IMG/VR virus record: IMGVR_UViG_3300015050_000961
Location: 1 to 49,360 of that record
Length of the DNA: 49,360 bases
Origin: a virus
Taxonomy: Duplodnaviria; Caudoviricetes
Reading direction: 5' to 3' (one strand)
Below are positions 1-8,069 of this stretch, in pieces (the first letter of the stretch is position 1; each line of letters begins with the position of its first letter). Below the pieces are notes generated by a model, which was not told where the DNA came from, ran no database searches, and was given only the letters and a program-made list of their open reading frames with translations. A program made the translations under genes and the position numbers.

Positions 1-123
1 ACGCAGGATCGCTTGAACGACCGTAACGCTGCCGCCGAAGCTCACGCCGATCGCGGAATTTGTCGTTGAACTGGGATTAAAGATGTAGTCCCGAACCTGG
101 ATGCTGTTGACCGACAGTGAGAA
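1..123. repeat. Terminal direct repeat, identical to 49238-49360 (circular assembly overlap)
   Basis: ACGCAGGATC...GACAGTGAGAA is present at both ends and falls inside one continuous reading frame. Confidence 0.95.
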
Positions 124-1239
124 TCCGCCCGCGTTGACGTTTAAACCGGTAAGAGCAAGCGCATTCACGTTTTCGATCAGAACGTCATCAATCACCGAAG
201 ACGAATAGCCGGCATAGATACCAACGGCGTTCGCCGCCGGGGCCGCGCCGCCAACGTTCCGAATGACGATCCCGCCCATATACTCGCTGGCCGAGCCGTA
301 CAGCATCACGAGACCGGACCCACCAGCCTGCTCGACGTTCACACCATCAACGGTGCAGTTGATGATGTCGCCGAACGTCCACATGTAGGTGCTGAAGGCG
401 GCGGCTTCTTTGGTCTGGAACGAGACCGCATCGTCGCCGCCCATGCCGGATATGTTCTCAACGCGGACATTGGCGGCGAAGCCATAGACCTTCACGATGT
501 CCGAATTTGTCGTCGGGGCCGTGACGTTGCGGGCCAGCGCATCGCGGATCGCGCCGAAGTGGACACAGAACTTTGCAACATCGCGGATGACGAGATCGCG
601 AACGATGACGTTCTGCGCCACGCCGAGAATGATCCCGTGCCGCTCGACAGCGTTGACGCCATTGTTGTTCGGGTAATCGTAGTTCCAGAGGCCGCCCTCA
701 ACCGTGATATTCACGTCAGCGGCGCGGGCGACCACAGTTCCGGTCGGGTTCGTGACGGGCAATCGCAGCGTCGTGTAGGTGAAGTTGTTGGCGTCCGGGA
801 CCGTCGCGACCTTGAAGATGCCGTTGTAATAGCTCTGGTTAGCGCCGCTGATCCAGACGTAGTCGCCAACGCTCTTGCCGTGCCCATTCCATGCAACCGG
901 GACCGAGTTTCCGGTCGGGGCCGATAACGTCACAGACGACGTGGACGCCCTGCCATTGTAGGCGTTGTTGACCAGGAGCGGCAAATTGATGCCCGTGGTC
1001 ATTTTGATCTGTAACATCGGAGCAACGATCAGGCGGGTGTTGCTGTAGATCAGCAGCGTCGCATTGATGTACGCGATGCCGGAGCCGGTCAGCCAGATCG
1101 TGCCGCCGTTGTTGAGCAGCGCCTGAATAGCGGTAACGTTCGCAGCGGCTGCCCCTGTGCTGCCAAGAACGGGCGCGAAGACCACCAACGGCTTCGGGGG
1201 GAAAAGCCCATATTTGATTGCGTCGCTGAGAAAGCTCAC
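1..1239 (-). CDS. Tailspike / depolymerase-like beta-helix protein, N-terminal part (continues at 49237..48596; about 626 aa in total)
   Basis: GTG start at 1239 overlaps the upstream TGA. Open frame MSFLSDAIKYGLFPPKP...AANVTAIQALLNNGG...NVRVENISGMGGDDAVSF...DVLIENVNA reads in frame into the ORF at the other end; pectin-lyase-like V/I/N repeats and a GDD motif. Missing from the ORF track because of the wrap. Confidence 0.8.
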   Translation of the reverse strand, partial: MSFLSDAIKYGLFPPKPLVVFAPVLGSTGAAAANVTAIQALLNNGGTIWLTGSGIAYINATLLIYSNTRLIVAPMLQIKMTTGINLPLLVNNAYNGRASTSSVTLSAPTGNSVPVAWNGHGKSVGDYVWISGANQSYYNGIFKVATVPDANNFTYTTLRLPVTNPTGTVVARAADVNITVEGGLWNYDYPNNNGVNAVERHGIILGVAQNVIVRDLVIRDVAKFCVHFGAIRDALARNVTAPTTNSDIVKVYGFAANVRVENISGMGGDDAVSFQTKEAAAFSTYMWTFGDIINCTVDGVNVEQAGGSGLVMLYGSASEYMGGIVIRNVGGAAPAANAVGIYAGYSSSVIDDVLIENVNALALTGLNVNAGGFSLSVNSIQVRDYIFNPSSTTNSAIGVSFGGSVTVVQAILR

Positions 1240-1538
1240 GTGCGCACCCAACGCGGGTCAGTCGTGACCTTGCCGTTCGTGTAGGCAAATGTCTGGGTCC
1301 ACGTGTTCGTGCCGTCGGTGAAGGAAATCGTGTTGACCGTGCCGTCGCCGTTGTACGTCAGCGTCTTGTTGAAATCGTCAGGAAACACAACATTGCCGGC
1401 GCTATCCTTGGCACCCACCCGAACGCCGTTCGCTGTCTGGTCGAAACGGACAACCTTCGGATTCGTCGAGTTGTATTCGTTGCCGTCGGCGTCAACTTCG
1501 ACAACCGCCTGCCGCATTTCTGGATCGTGGTCTGCCAT
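1236..1538 (-). CDS. Small virion/tail-associated protein (beta-hairpin rich)
   Basis: 100 aa ORF, TLTYNGDGTVNTISFTDGTNTWTQTFAYTNG; translationally coupled to the tailspike. Confidence 0.65.
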   Translation of the reverse strand: MADHDPEMRQAVVEVDADGNEYNSTNPKVVRFDQTANGVRVGAKDSAGNVVFPDDFNKTLTYNGDGTVNTISFTDGTNTWTQTFAYTNGKVTTDPRWVRT

Positions 1539-1591
1539 TTTTCCGTCGCCTTTGGGTCAGTCGTAATATATCACAAAACCCGACGCTCTGC

Positions 1592-4500
1592 TCAATCGCT
1601 GTCCCGCGCTGCCGCGGAACCCGCCAGCAGCCGCCGGACGTGCTTGTTCGAAGCATCGGCGCTCAAGTCACGCACTTTGTTGGTCAGCAGGTACGACGCC
1701 AGGTCCGGATCGAACCATGCGCGCTCGATGACGCGCTGCACCGCCGCGGAATCGTCCGGCAGGGTTTGCGCCATGACGCGCAGCGTGCGGAGGTAGCCGC
1801 CGCCTTTGAGGATGCCGTATTTCGCCTTCAGGCCGGCTTCCGCGAGCCGCCACATCTGCGCCGACTTGTCCGCCGTGTTGGACCCGGAGGTCGCGCGGAC
1901 GGACGCGTTCTTCAGCGGCTCGAGCACGGCGTGCGCCTGCTGGAGCTTGTTCATCTCGTCGGGGTCGTAGACCTTGGCCAGAAGGGCCTCGTTCTGCTTG
2001 AACTGCTTGTCGAGCTTGCCCAATTCCGTGCGGTAGGTCGCACTGGTGCCCGCCTTGCCGGCGTCGATCTTCGCGGTGCCGCTGGTCGTATCGGCCAGCA
2101 CCTCGGAGACCGCCGCCTTCCAGCCGCGGTTCGCCTGCTTGTCGGCGCCGATCAGCTTCTTGATCTCGTCGAGTTCTTTCTCGGCGCCATAACTCTGGGA
2201 TCCGAAGATGCGCCGTGCGGTGTCGCGCGGGTCTTCCTTGAGCAGAGTGCCGATAACGGAACGATTGATCTCGTCTTCCGTCGCCTTTACCGCCTGCTGG
2301 CCGGTGCGCTCGGCAGTCCGAACAGTCTCTTGGCCGGTGCGCTCGGCGCCACGCACGGCGTCGCGGCCGCTGCGTTCCGTCGCGGTCAGTTCGCCGCGGG
2401 CGGCATCCAGGTTGGCCCGTGCTTCTGCCGAAAGCTGCTCGCCGCGACGCGCCGTCGCGACCATATTGTCGAACTCGCCACGAAGCGCGGGGAATTGTGC
2501 AAGGATATCGGCGTTGTTGCGACCCCAAGATGCCGCGCGGTTCGGGTTCAAGGTGCCATCGGGATTCAGCGCCACCATGCCGAAGTCCGACCGCAGATAA
2601 TCGCGCACGGCGTTCTGGCCATTCGGTGAATCGCCCATCATGCGCTGGAGCGCCTGCGCCTTCTCCGGACCCGCAAGGAAGCGCCCGGCCGTCTCGCTGG
2701 GCGGCGTGCTGCCGCGGGCCGGGTCGCGATCGATTTGGCGCGTGAACTTGGCGGCCTCATCGTTGGGCGACGGGCGGAATGTATCGGCGAACTGCCGGTA
2801 ATTGGCGTTAGCCTCGGTGTACCCCGGCGCGGCCTCGATCGTCGTGTTGATGGCACGGCGCAGAGACGCGATGTTGTCCGCTAGGTCGAAGTTGCCCGCT
2901 CGTTGCGCCTGCTCGTACGCGGTTCCGAGATACTTGCGCACATCGGCCAAGTCCTGACCTTGCGCAGTACCGGGGCCGCCTACGTTCACTTCACGCGTCA
3001 GGGGTCGACCATCAGGCCCGAGCACGGCGCTCGGCTGTTGCTGAATGTCCGGCGCCAGACGCTCGAGCCGCTGCACGAATTCTGCCGGGAGCTGGACGCG
3101 CTCCGGACCAAGATCGTTGATGTTCTGCCGAACGCGCTGCGCCGCCGCGATGACGTCGTCGGCCGGGAGCTGTTCGGTACGGCCGGGGGCGGTGTCGAAC
3201 TGGCGGTTCTTCTCGGTGCGAGCTGGGATGTAGCCCTGATCGACAACCGTCGTGTCGAGCCGGCGGCTGGCTTGCGCCTTGGCATCGGTGTTCGCGCTCG
3301 CTGCGATCGGCGCTCCGTACTGCTGGTTTTGCTGCTCGACGGTACGAACGCCACCTTCCGCCTCGGCGGCGCGCGCCTGCGCAGCGGCAATTCGTTCCGC
3401 GGCCGCGCGTTCTGCCGCTTGGACGTCGGTCTGCGCCAGCGTCTCGGCGTCTCGAATGCCTTGACTGGCGCCACGACGCGCTTCGGTCGTCCGCATCGTC
3501 GCTTCGGTGCGCGCAATAGCGGCCGGCTGCGACTGATCCGCCTTCGGATCCCGCAGGCTCTCCACCCGCTCCGTTGCGGCGGCTCGCAGCTTGTTGTCGT
3601 TCTCAATGAACGGCACGCCCTTCTTGGTGCGCGCTGCGGTCTCGGCGCTTTGCAGGCCCACGTCGTCGGACACAAGCCCAATGGTGGGCTGCGGGAGATC
3701 GGCCGCGCGCATCGTCGCGGCATTCTCACGGATGTTGGCAGCCGCAACGTCTGGGTTGCTGGCCACTTCCTGCATCATGCGCGACGCGGTCTCGGACTGA
3801 CCGCGCGTGACGGGCTGGAGCGTCGTCGGGTCAGCCGGGATATTCTTGTCAGTGCGGCCACGGACGAATGCGTCCTTGACCATGCGGCCGCCGGACTGAA
3901 CGCCTTCCTTGAGCGCCGCGCCGCCGACACCGCCCGCGAGTACGGCACCGGCATCCACCAGCGGTTTGTACCACTGGCCTTCGCCGATCTTGTTCTCTTC
4001 GACGGCGTTCATGGCTACGCCGGAACCAACGCCGGACGCCGCGTCGCCGGCGACCACGGATGGCGCGTTGTTGAAGTACGGCCGCACGAACGCGTCCGCC
4101 ATGCGGGGCGTCGCGCCTTCAGCCAGAGACGCTGCGCGAGCCGGCGCCATGGTCGCGAGCGCGCCACCGGTGACAACGCCCTGCGTGCCGTAATCGGAGA
4201 CATCGTACGCCAACCGCTGACGCGGGCTCATCTGCTCGCGCGGGATGGGCGTGCCGCCAACCGCTTGAAACGCCTTGGTGGCGCCGGCTTGCAGCATGTC
4301 GGATGCCGGAGTGGCATACGGGATATTCGTGTCGAACGCGGCGTTGATGCCGCGCGTGATGAGGTTCTGCGCCCCGGCCATAAGATCGAACGGCGCGGAG
4401 ACCGCTTTCGCCAAGCCGCTGCCGGTGCCTTGCGCGCCGATCTGAAGATCGCGGCCCGCGTCACGCAGCGTGTAGTCGTCTGCAACCACGGCACGGCGCA

Positions 4501-4705
4501 ACGGCCGCATCGCGCGAAACGGATCAGCTTCGGCCGGAGCGTCACGCAACGACTGGTCGGCCGCGGGGCTCGCGCCGACGGGCTGAAGCGGCTCGGCAGG
4601 CGCGGCGGTGCCGGTCGCGTAATTCTTCATTACGCGATCGACGACGGCCATGTCGGTGCCGTCGGGGAATTCGTGCATGACGCCGTCCGCCGAGCGAACC
4701 TGCAT
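1592..4705 (-). CDS. Large internal virion / DNA ejection protein
   Basis: 1037 aa, Ala-rich and helical; last of the internal-protein block, as in podoviruses. Confidence 0.7.
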   Translation of the reverse strand: MQVRSADGVMHEFPDGTDMAVVDRVMKNYATGTAAPAEPLQPVGASPAADQSLRDAPAEADPFRAMRPLRRAVVADDYTLRDAGRDLQIGAQGTGSGLAKAVSAPFDLMAGAQNLITRGINAAFDTNIPYATPASDMLQAGATKAFQAVGGTPIPREQMSPRQRLAYDVSDYGTQGVVTGGALATMAPARAASLAEGATPRMADAFVRPYFNNAPSVVAGDAASGVGSGVAMNAVEENKIGEGQWYKPLVDAGAVLAGGVGGAALKEGVQSGGRMVKDAFVRGRTDKNIPADPTTLQPVTRGQSETASRMMQEVASNPDVAAANIRENAATMRAADLPQPTIGLVSDDVGLQSAETAARTKKGVPFIENDNKLRAAATERVESLRDPKADQSQPAAIARTEATMRTTEARRGASQGIRDAETLAQTDVQAAERAAAERIAAAQARAAEAEGGVRTVEQQNQQYGAPIAASANTDAKAQASRRLDTTVVDQGYIPARTEKNRQFDTAPGRTEQLPADDVIAAAQRVRQNINDLGPERVQLPAEFVQRLERLAPDIQQQPSAVLGPDGRPLTREVNVGGPGTAQGQDLADVRKYLGTAYEQAQRAGNFDLADNIASLRRAINTTIEAAPGYTEANANYRQFADTFRPSPNDEAAKFTRQIDRDPARGSTPPSETAGRFLAGPEKAQALQRMMGDSPNGQNAVRDYLRSDFGMVALNPDGTLNPNRAASWGRNNADILAQFPALRGEFDNMVATARRGEQLSAEARANLDAARGELTATERSGRDAVRGAERTGQETVRTAERTGQQAVKATEDEINRSVIGTLLKEDPRDTARRIFGSQSYGAEKELDEIKKLIGADKQANRGWKAAVSEVLADTTSGTAKIDAGKAGTSATYRTELGKLDKQFKQNEALLAKVYDPDEMNKLQQAHAVLEPLKNASVRATSGSNTADKSAQMWRLAEAGLKAKYGILKGGGYLRTLRVMAQTLPDDSAAVQRVIERAWFDPDLASYLLTNKVRDLSADASNKHVRRLLAGSAAARDSD

Positions 4706-6096
4706 TACTGCACCCGATTGCCGGCTGCGTCGTACTGAATGACAGCAGGTGGCGCCCCCGGAGCCGGGGAGGGGGGTGGGGAGGCTCCGGGGGCAGCCTG
4801 CGCAGGCCCAGCGGGGACGGCCGGGCCGCGCAATGCGGATTGGTTGACGCCGTGCATGCGATCGGCGATCGCGTTCAGCGCATCGAGCTTGGCGTGCAGT
4901 TGGCCTTCGTTGGCGAACAGGCTCTCTGGATTGCCGAGGATACCCGTGACCATCTTGATGTCGTGATTGGACGCCTTGCCGACGCCGCCGGCGATCGCAT
5001 CCGCCGCGGTGAGCGTGAGCGCGTGGTACGCACTGCTAACTTGCGGCAAGCGCGGATCGAACGTGAACAGGTTGTTCGCCGTGTTGCTGTCGATGCCGCC
5101 AGATTGCACGCGCTGCTGAATGTTGGCGACGATGTCCTCGGCGCTCTTGATGCCGAGGCCCTTCGCGAGGCCGTCGGCGACTTGCACGATATCTTGCGCG
5201 GCGCCTTTGACCATGCCGGGAATGCCGACGTTCTGCGGCACGATGAGGCTGCGCGCGTAGTCGGCGACGCCTTTCATGCGATCGAGCGCGACGTTGGATC
5301 CCTGAAGCTGGCTCTGCACGGTCTTACTGAGACCCGACTGCTCCGGCGTGCCCTGCACGCTGGCAATTGCACCAGGAGGCAACGGCTGGCCGGTGCGAGC
5401 GTCGGTGATGCCATCGAAAGTCTGCATCATCGCGCCGCCCGCCTGCGGGATGTAGTTGTGCGGCGTGCGCACCTTCTCGTCGTTCGCGCCGACGAAGGTC
5501 TTCTCGGTCGGCGTGAGATTGTTGATGCCGTTCGGCTGATTGATCGCGCGACGGGCGTAATCGCCCTTGACCTTGCCGAGATCTTCCACGGCCGGCTGAC
5601 CGTAGGATTCACTGCGGCGCACGATCTGCGGGCCGCTTGGCGTGCCAACAGTCTGCGGCTGCGAATCAAACTGCCGACGCTGTTCGCCAACCGTCTCGGT
5701 GTGGCGACGATCAAGCCCGGCCTGCGTCTGCTTGAACGCATCGGCCGTGCTGCCGAATCCGCCGCCTGCGCCGACCACGGCGTTGTCCGTGCGCGGATCA
5801 GCCGCGCCGTATGTGTTGGCGTTGTAAACACGCTGCGCCGTGCCGAGCTGGCTCGGATCAATGCCAGCCGAGAATGCGTCGGCCAGCGTGCCGCGCATGT
5901 CGTAGCCCGGCGTTCCAATGTTGCGCACGCCGGCAGACAGTCGTTCGTGGCCTTCGCGCTTGCGCTTCTCCTGAAGCGCGCGCTCCGCAGTGTAGATGTT
6001 CTGGGCGTCGCTGGGTCCGCTCATGAACGCGCGCGCAAGCCCGCTCAACGCCGGAGCGAAGCGGGACGAGTACGGGTTCGGAATCGTGTCAGGCAT
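4705..6096 (-). CDS. Internal virion / ejection protein
   Basis: 463 aa, G/A/Q-rich, coupled start/stop with neighbours. Confidence 0.65.
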   Translation of the reverse strand: MPDTIPNPYSSRFAPALSGLARAFMSGPSDAQNIYTAERALQEKRKREGHERLSAGVRNIGTPGYDMRGTLADAFSAGIDPSQLGTAQRVYNANTYGAADPRTDNAVVGAGGGFGSTADAFKQTQAGLDRRHTETVGEQRRQFDSQPQTVGTPSGPQIVRRSESYGQPAVEDLGKVKGDYARRAINQPNGINNLTPTEKTFVGANDEKVRTPHNYIPQAGGAMMQTFDGITDARTGQPLPPGAIASVQGTPEQSGLSKTVQSQLQGSNVALDRMKGVADYARSLIVPQNVGIPGMVKGAAQDIVQVADGLAKGLGIKSAEDIVANIQQRVQSGGIDSNTANNLFTFDPRLPQVSSAYHALTLTAADAIAGGVGKASNHDIKMVTGILGNPESLFANEGQLHAKLDALNAIADRMHGVNQSALRGPAVPAGPAQAAPGASPPPSPAPGAPPAVIQYDAAGNRVQ

Positions 6097-6773
6097 CAGT
6101 AGAGCGCCCCCTTAAATGCCGGGTTCAACGACGAAGGCATTCCCTTGACTGGAGCACCGAAGCCTCCACCCCGTCCGCCGCTGTACGCGCCGAACGACCC
6201 CGCCAGTTGCATGATGTCGCCGACGCCAGAGTTCGGCCGGAACGCGTTCTTGTAGTTCGCGTCCTGCTCGAGCTTGCCGACACCCGCCGAGGTCTTCGAC
6301 AAATCGGTGTTGAGATCCAGGTTGCGGTTCGTGTCGTTCAAGTTGAGCTTGTTGTTGAATTGGTTCTGGCTGTAGCCGAACAGATTGCCGCGCGCCGTAT
6401 TGGACGCTTTTCCGAGATTGAGAATGTCGCCGACCTTGGTGGCTTCTGCGGTCTTGACGACCGACGGCGCCGTGCCGGAGCTGATCGAGCCGACGGACTG
6501 CGCGGTCGGGGCATTGCCTTGGAAGGCGCTCGCCACGGTCTGCTGATTGTTGGCAAGGTTGGCGGACTGCGTCGCCGGCGCGAAACCGTCGACACTCTTG
6601 CCGAAGATTTCGTTCGACTTCGCCTGGTAACCCTTCTGACGGCCGAGCTCGGCCTGCGTCGCGGCGTTACGCGCCTCGATCATGCTGCTCTGATTTTTAT
6701 TGGTCTCGTATGCGTTCACACCGGCGCCGGCCGCGCTGAGCGCAATCGCACCAATGCTGACTGGATCACACAT
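6096..6773 (-). CDS. Internal virion protein (T7 gp14-like)
   Basis: MCDPVSIGAIALSAAGAG N-terminus is typical of small ejection proteins. Confidence 0.7.
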   Translation of the reverse strand: MCDPVSIGAIALSAAGAGVNAYETNKNQSSMIEARNAATQAELGRQKGYQAKSNEIFGKSVDGFAPATQSANLANNQQTVASAFQGNAPTAQSVGSISSGTAPSVVKTAEATKVGDILNLGKASNTARGNLFGYSQNQFNNKLNLNDTNRNLDLNTDLSKTSAGVGKLEQDANYKNAFRPNSGVGDIMQLAGSFGAYSGGRGGGFGAPVKGMPSSLNPAFKGALY

Positions 6774-7390
6774 TAACCACCCACCACGTAAGCAGCGTTA
6801 CGCGTCGACGATGCGCTGGGCGCGAAGGCGCCGCGGTAGGCCGCCGGCAGACCCTTGTTCTGCCCCGCCATGTACGCCGTGCCGGCGTTGACTGCGCCGC
6901 TGAAGAGATCGCCGAGCGGATTGAACGCCTGCGGAGACTGAAGCGAGCCCGCGCGGCCTGCCGCGGAGATCGCCGACAGCGAGGGGTCCGCCGCGGAGAT
7001 GTTCTGGTTGTAAAGTTCGGTCTTGTTGCCCTCGACGTCGGTGCGGAGCTTGTTGGTCGCGTCGAGCGCGTTCGCTTCAATGCTCTGCCGCTGGTTGTTG
7101 TAATCGTAGATCAGATCGCCGAATGCCTTCTGACCAGGGGTGCCGTCTTCGGTCCCGGCACGCGCCAGGTTGTAATGCAAACCGCGCCGGGCCTCGCCGT
7201 ATTGGCGGTCCACCTGCGGGTTGTAGTAATCGGTGTAGGTCTGCTTGAACTTGTCGTAATAGGCCGGATCGAAGACGCCGAACTGCTCGTCGATCTTCGC
7301 CTTGCCCTGCTGGATGCGATCCTGCCGCTCCTGCTCCTGCTGACGCGCGATTGCTGCGGAATTGTCCTGTGGAGGACTAGGCGTGCACAT
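6773..7390 (-). CDS. Virion structural / internal protein
   Basis: 205 aa, MCTPSPPQDNSAAIARQQEQERQ; position in the ejection block. Confidence 0.65.
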   Translation of the reverse strand: MCTPSPPQDNSAAIARQQEQERQDRIQQGKAKIDEQFGVFDPAYYDKFKQTYTDYYNPQVDRQYGEARRGLHYNLARAGTEDGTPGQKAFGDLIYDYNNQRQSIEANALDATNKLRTDVEGNKTELYNQNISAADPSLSAISAAGRAGSLQSPQAFNPLGDLFSGAVNAGTAYMAGQNKGLPAAYRGAFAPSASSTRNAAYVVGG

Positions 7391-7456
7391 CGTTGATACG
7401 TCTTAACTAATAGCCCCGGCGCGGCGAGCTCCGGCGATGTGCATCCGACAGGCAAG

Positions 7457-7485
7457 AGGGTAGCAGGGAATGTCGGGTTTGTCGA
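7457..7485 (-). promoter_or_regulatory. Predicted promoter for the internal virion genes
   Basis: TCGACA-17 bp-TACCCT; spacer carries CCCGACA; TCGACAAACCCGACA is identical to the promoter at 24085-24113. Confidence 0.55.
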
Positions 7486-7489
7486 GCCG

Positions 7490-7568
7490 ACAAGAGGCGG
7501 GCCGCCCCGAAGGACGGCCCGCAGTTGGGTACAGGAGGACTACAGGAAATGCCGGAGAACCCGGCGCA
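7490..7568 (-). ncRNA. Candidate small RNA with anti-Shine-Dalgarno UCCUCCU
   Basis: Own promoter (7575-7603), 5' hairpin GCCGG-GUUCU-CCGGC, single-stranded UCCUCCU, 3' 11-bp cUUCGg hairpin (7497-7522). Confidence 0.5.
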
Positions 7569-7574
7569 GACAAT

Positions 7575-7603
7575 AAGCTACACCTGTCGGGTTTGTCCGT
7601 CAA
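7575..7603 (-). promoter_or_regulatory. Predicted sigma70 promoter
   Basis: TTGACG-17 bp-TAGCTT with CCCGACA in the spacer. Confidence 0.6.
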
Positions 7604-8069
7604 TGTCTTTCGACAAAACGTAGTGGAAATAATCGGAGCCATCCTTGCCGAAGCCCTCGCGGATGCTCTCCCGGCGCGCGCCCAGCCGCTTTAACCAGCG
7701 GTGCGCCTCTTCGTGCCGCCAGTGAGAATCGCACTGGAGACGATGCGCGCCGAGCTTTTCAAACAGGGTCGGAACCACATGGTCGAGCGCGAACCGCGAC
7801 ATCTCCGCAACGATGCGGCGCGTCATCTCGTCCGTGCCAAACATAAACATTGACCAGACACCTGGATGGATCGGGGCGCCGCCGAACACCGCGCAAGGTC
7901 GTTCGCCGGCCCACGCCACCCACGAGAAACTGGCCTGCGCCATCACGTCGTTCATGAGCAGGAACGGGTTCGGCTCAGCCCTGACGTTGTAAATCTCTTC
8001 CTTGTCCCGCTCGCGCATATTCATCGCGACGTGCAGCACGGTGTCGTGCGTGCAATGCGAGAGCCTCAA
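7578..8069 (-). CDS. GNAT-fold protein (T7 gp13-like internal virion protein A)
   Basis: NMRERDKEEI...GVWSMFMFGT...AHRWLKRLGARRE; canonical position after tail tube B. Confidence 0.75.
   Translation of the reverse strand: MRLSHCTHDTVLHVAMNMRERDKEEIYNVRAEPNPFLLMNDVMAQASFSWVAWAGERPCAVFGGAPIHPGVWSMFMFGTDEMTRRIVAEMSRFALDHVVPTLFEKLGAHRLQCDSHWRHEEAHRWLKRLGARRESIREGFGKDGSDYFHYVLSKDIDGQTRQV

Noticed and set aside
1-123. 123-bp terminal repeat as a biological direct terminal repeat
   Set aside because: It lies in the middle of the tailspike gene and is best explained as assembler overlap of a circular contig
4755-4795. G-run cluster as a G-quadruplex element
   Set aside because: Explained by the Pro-rich codons of the minus-strand gene
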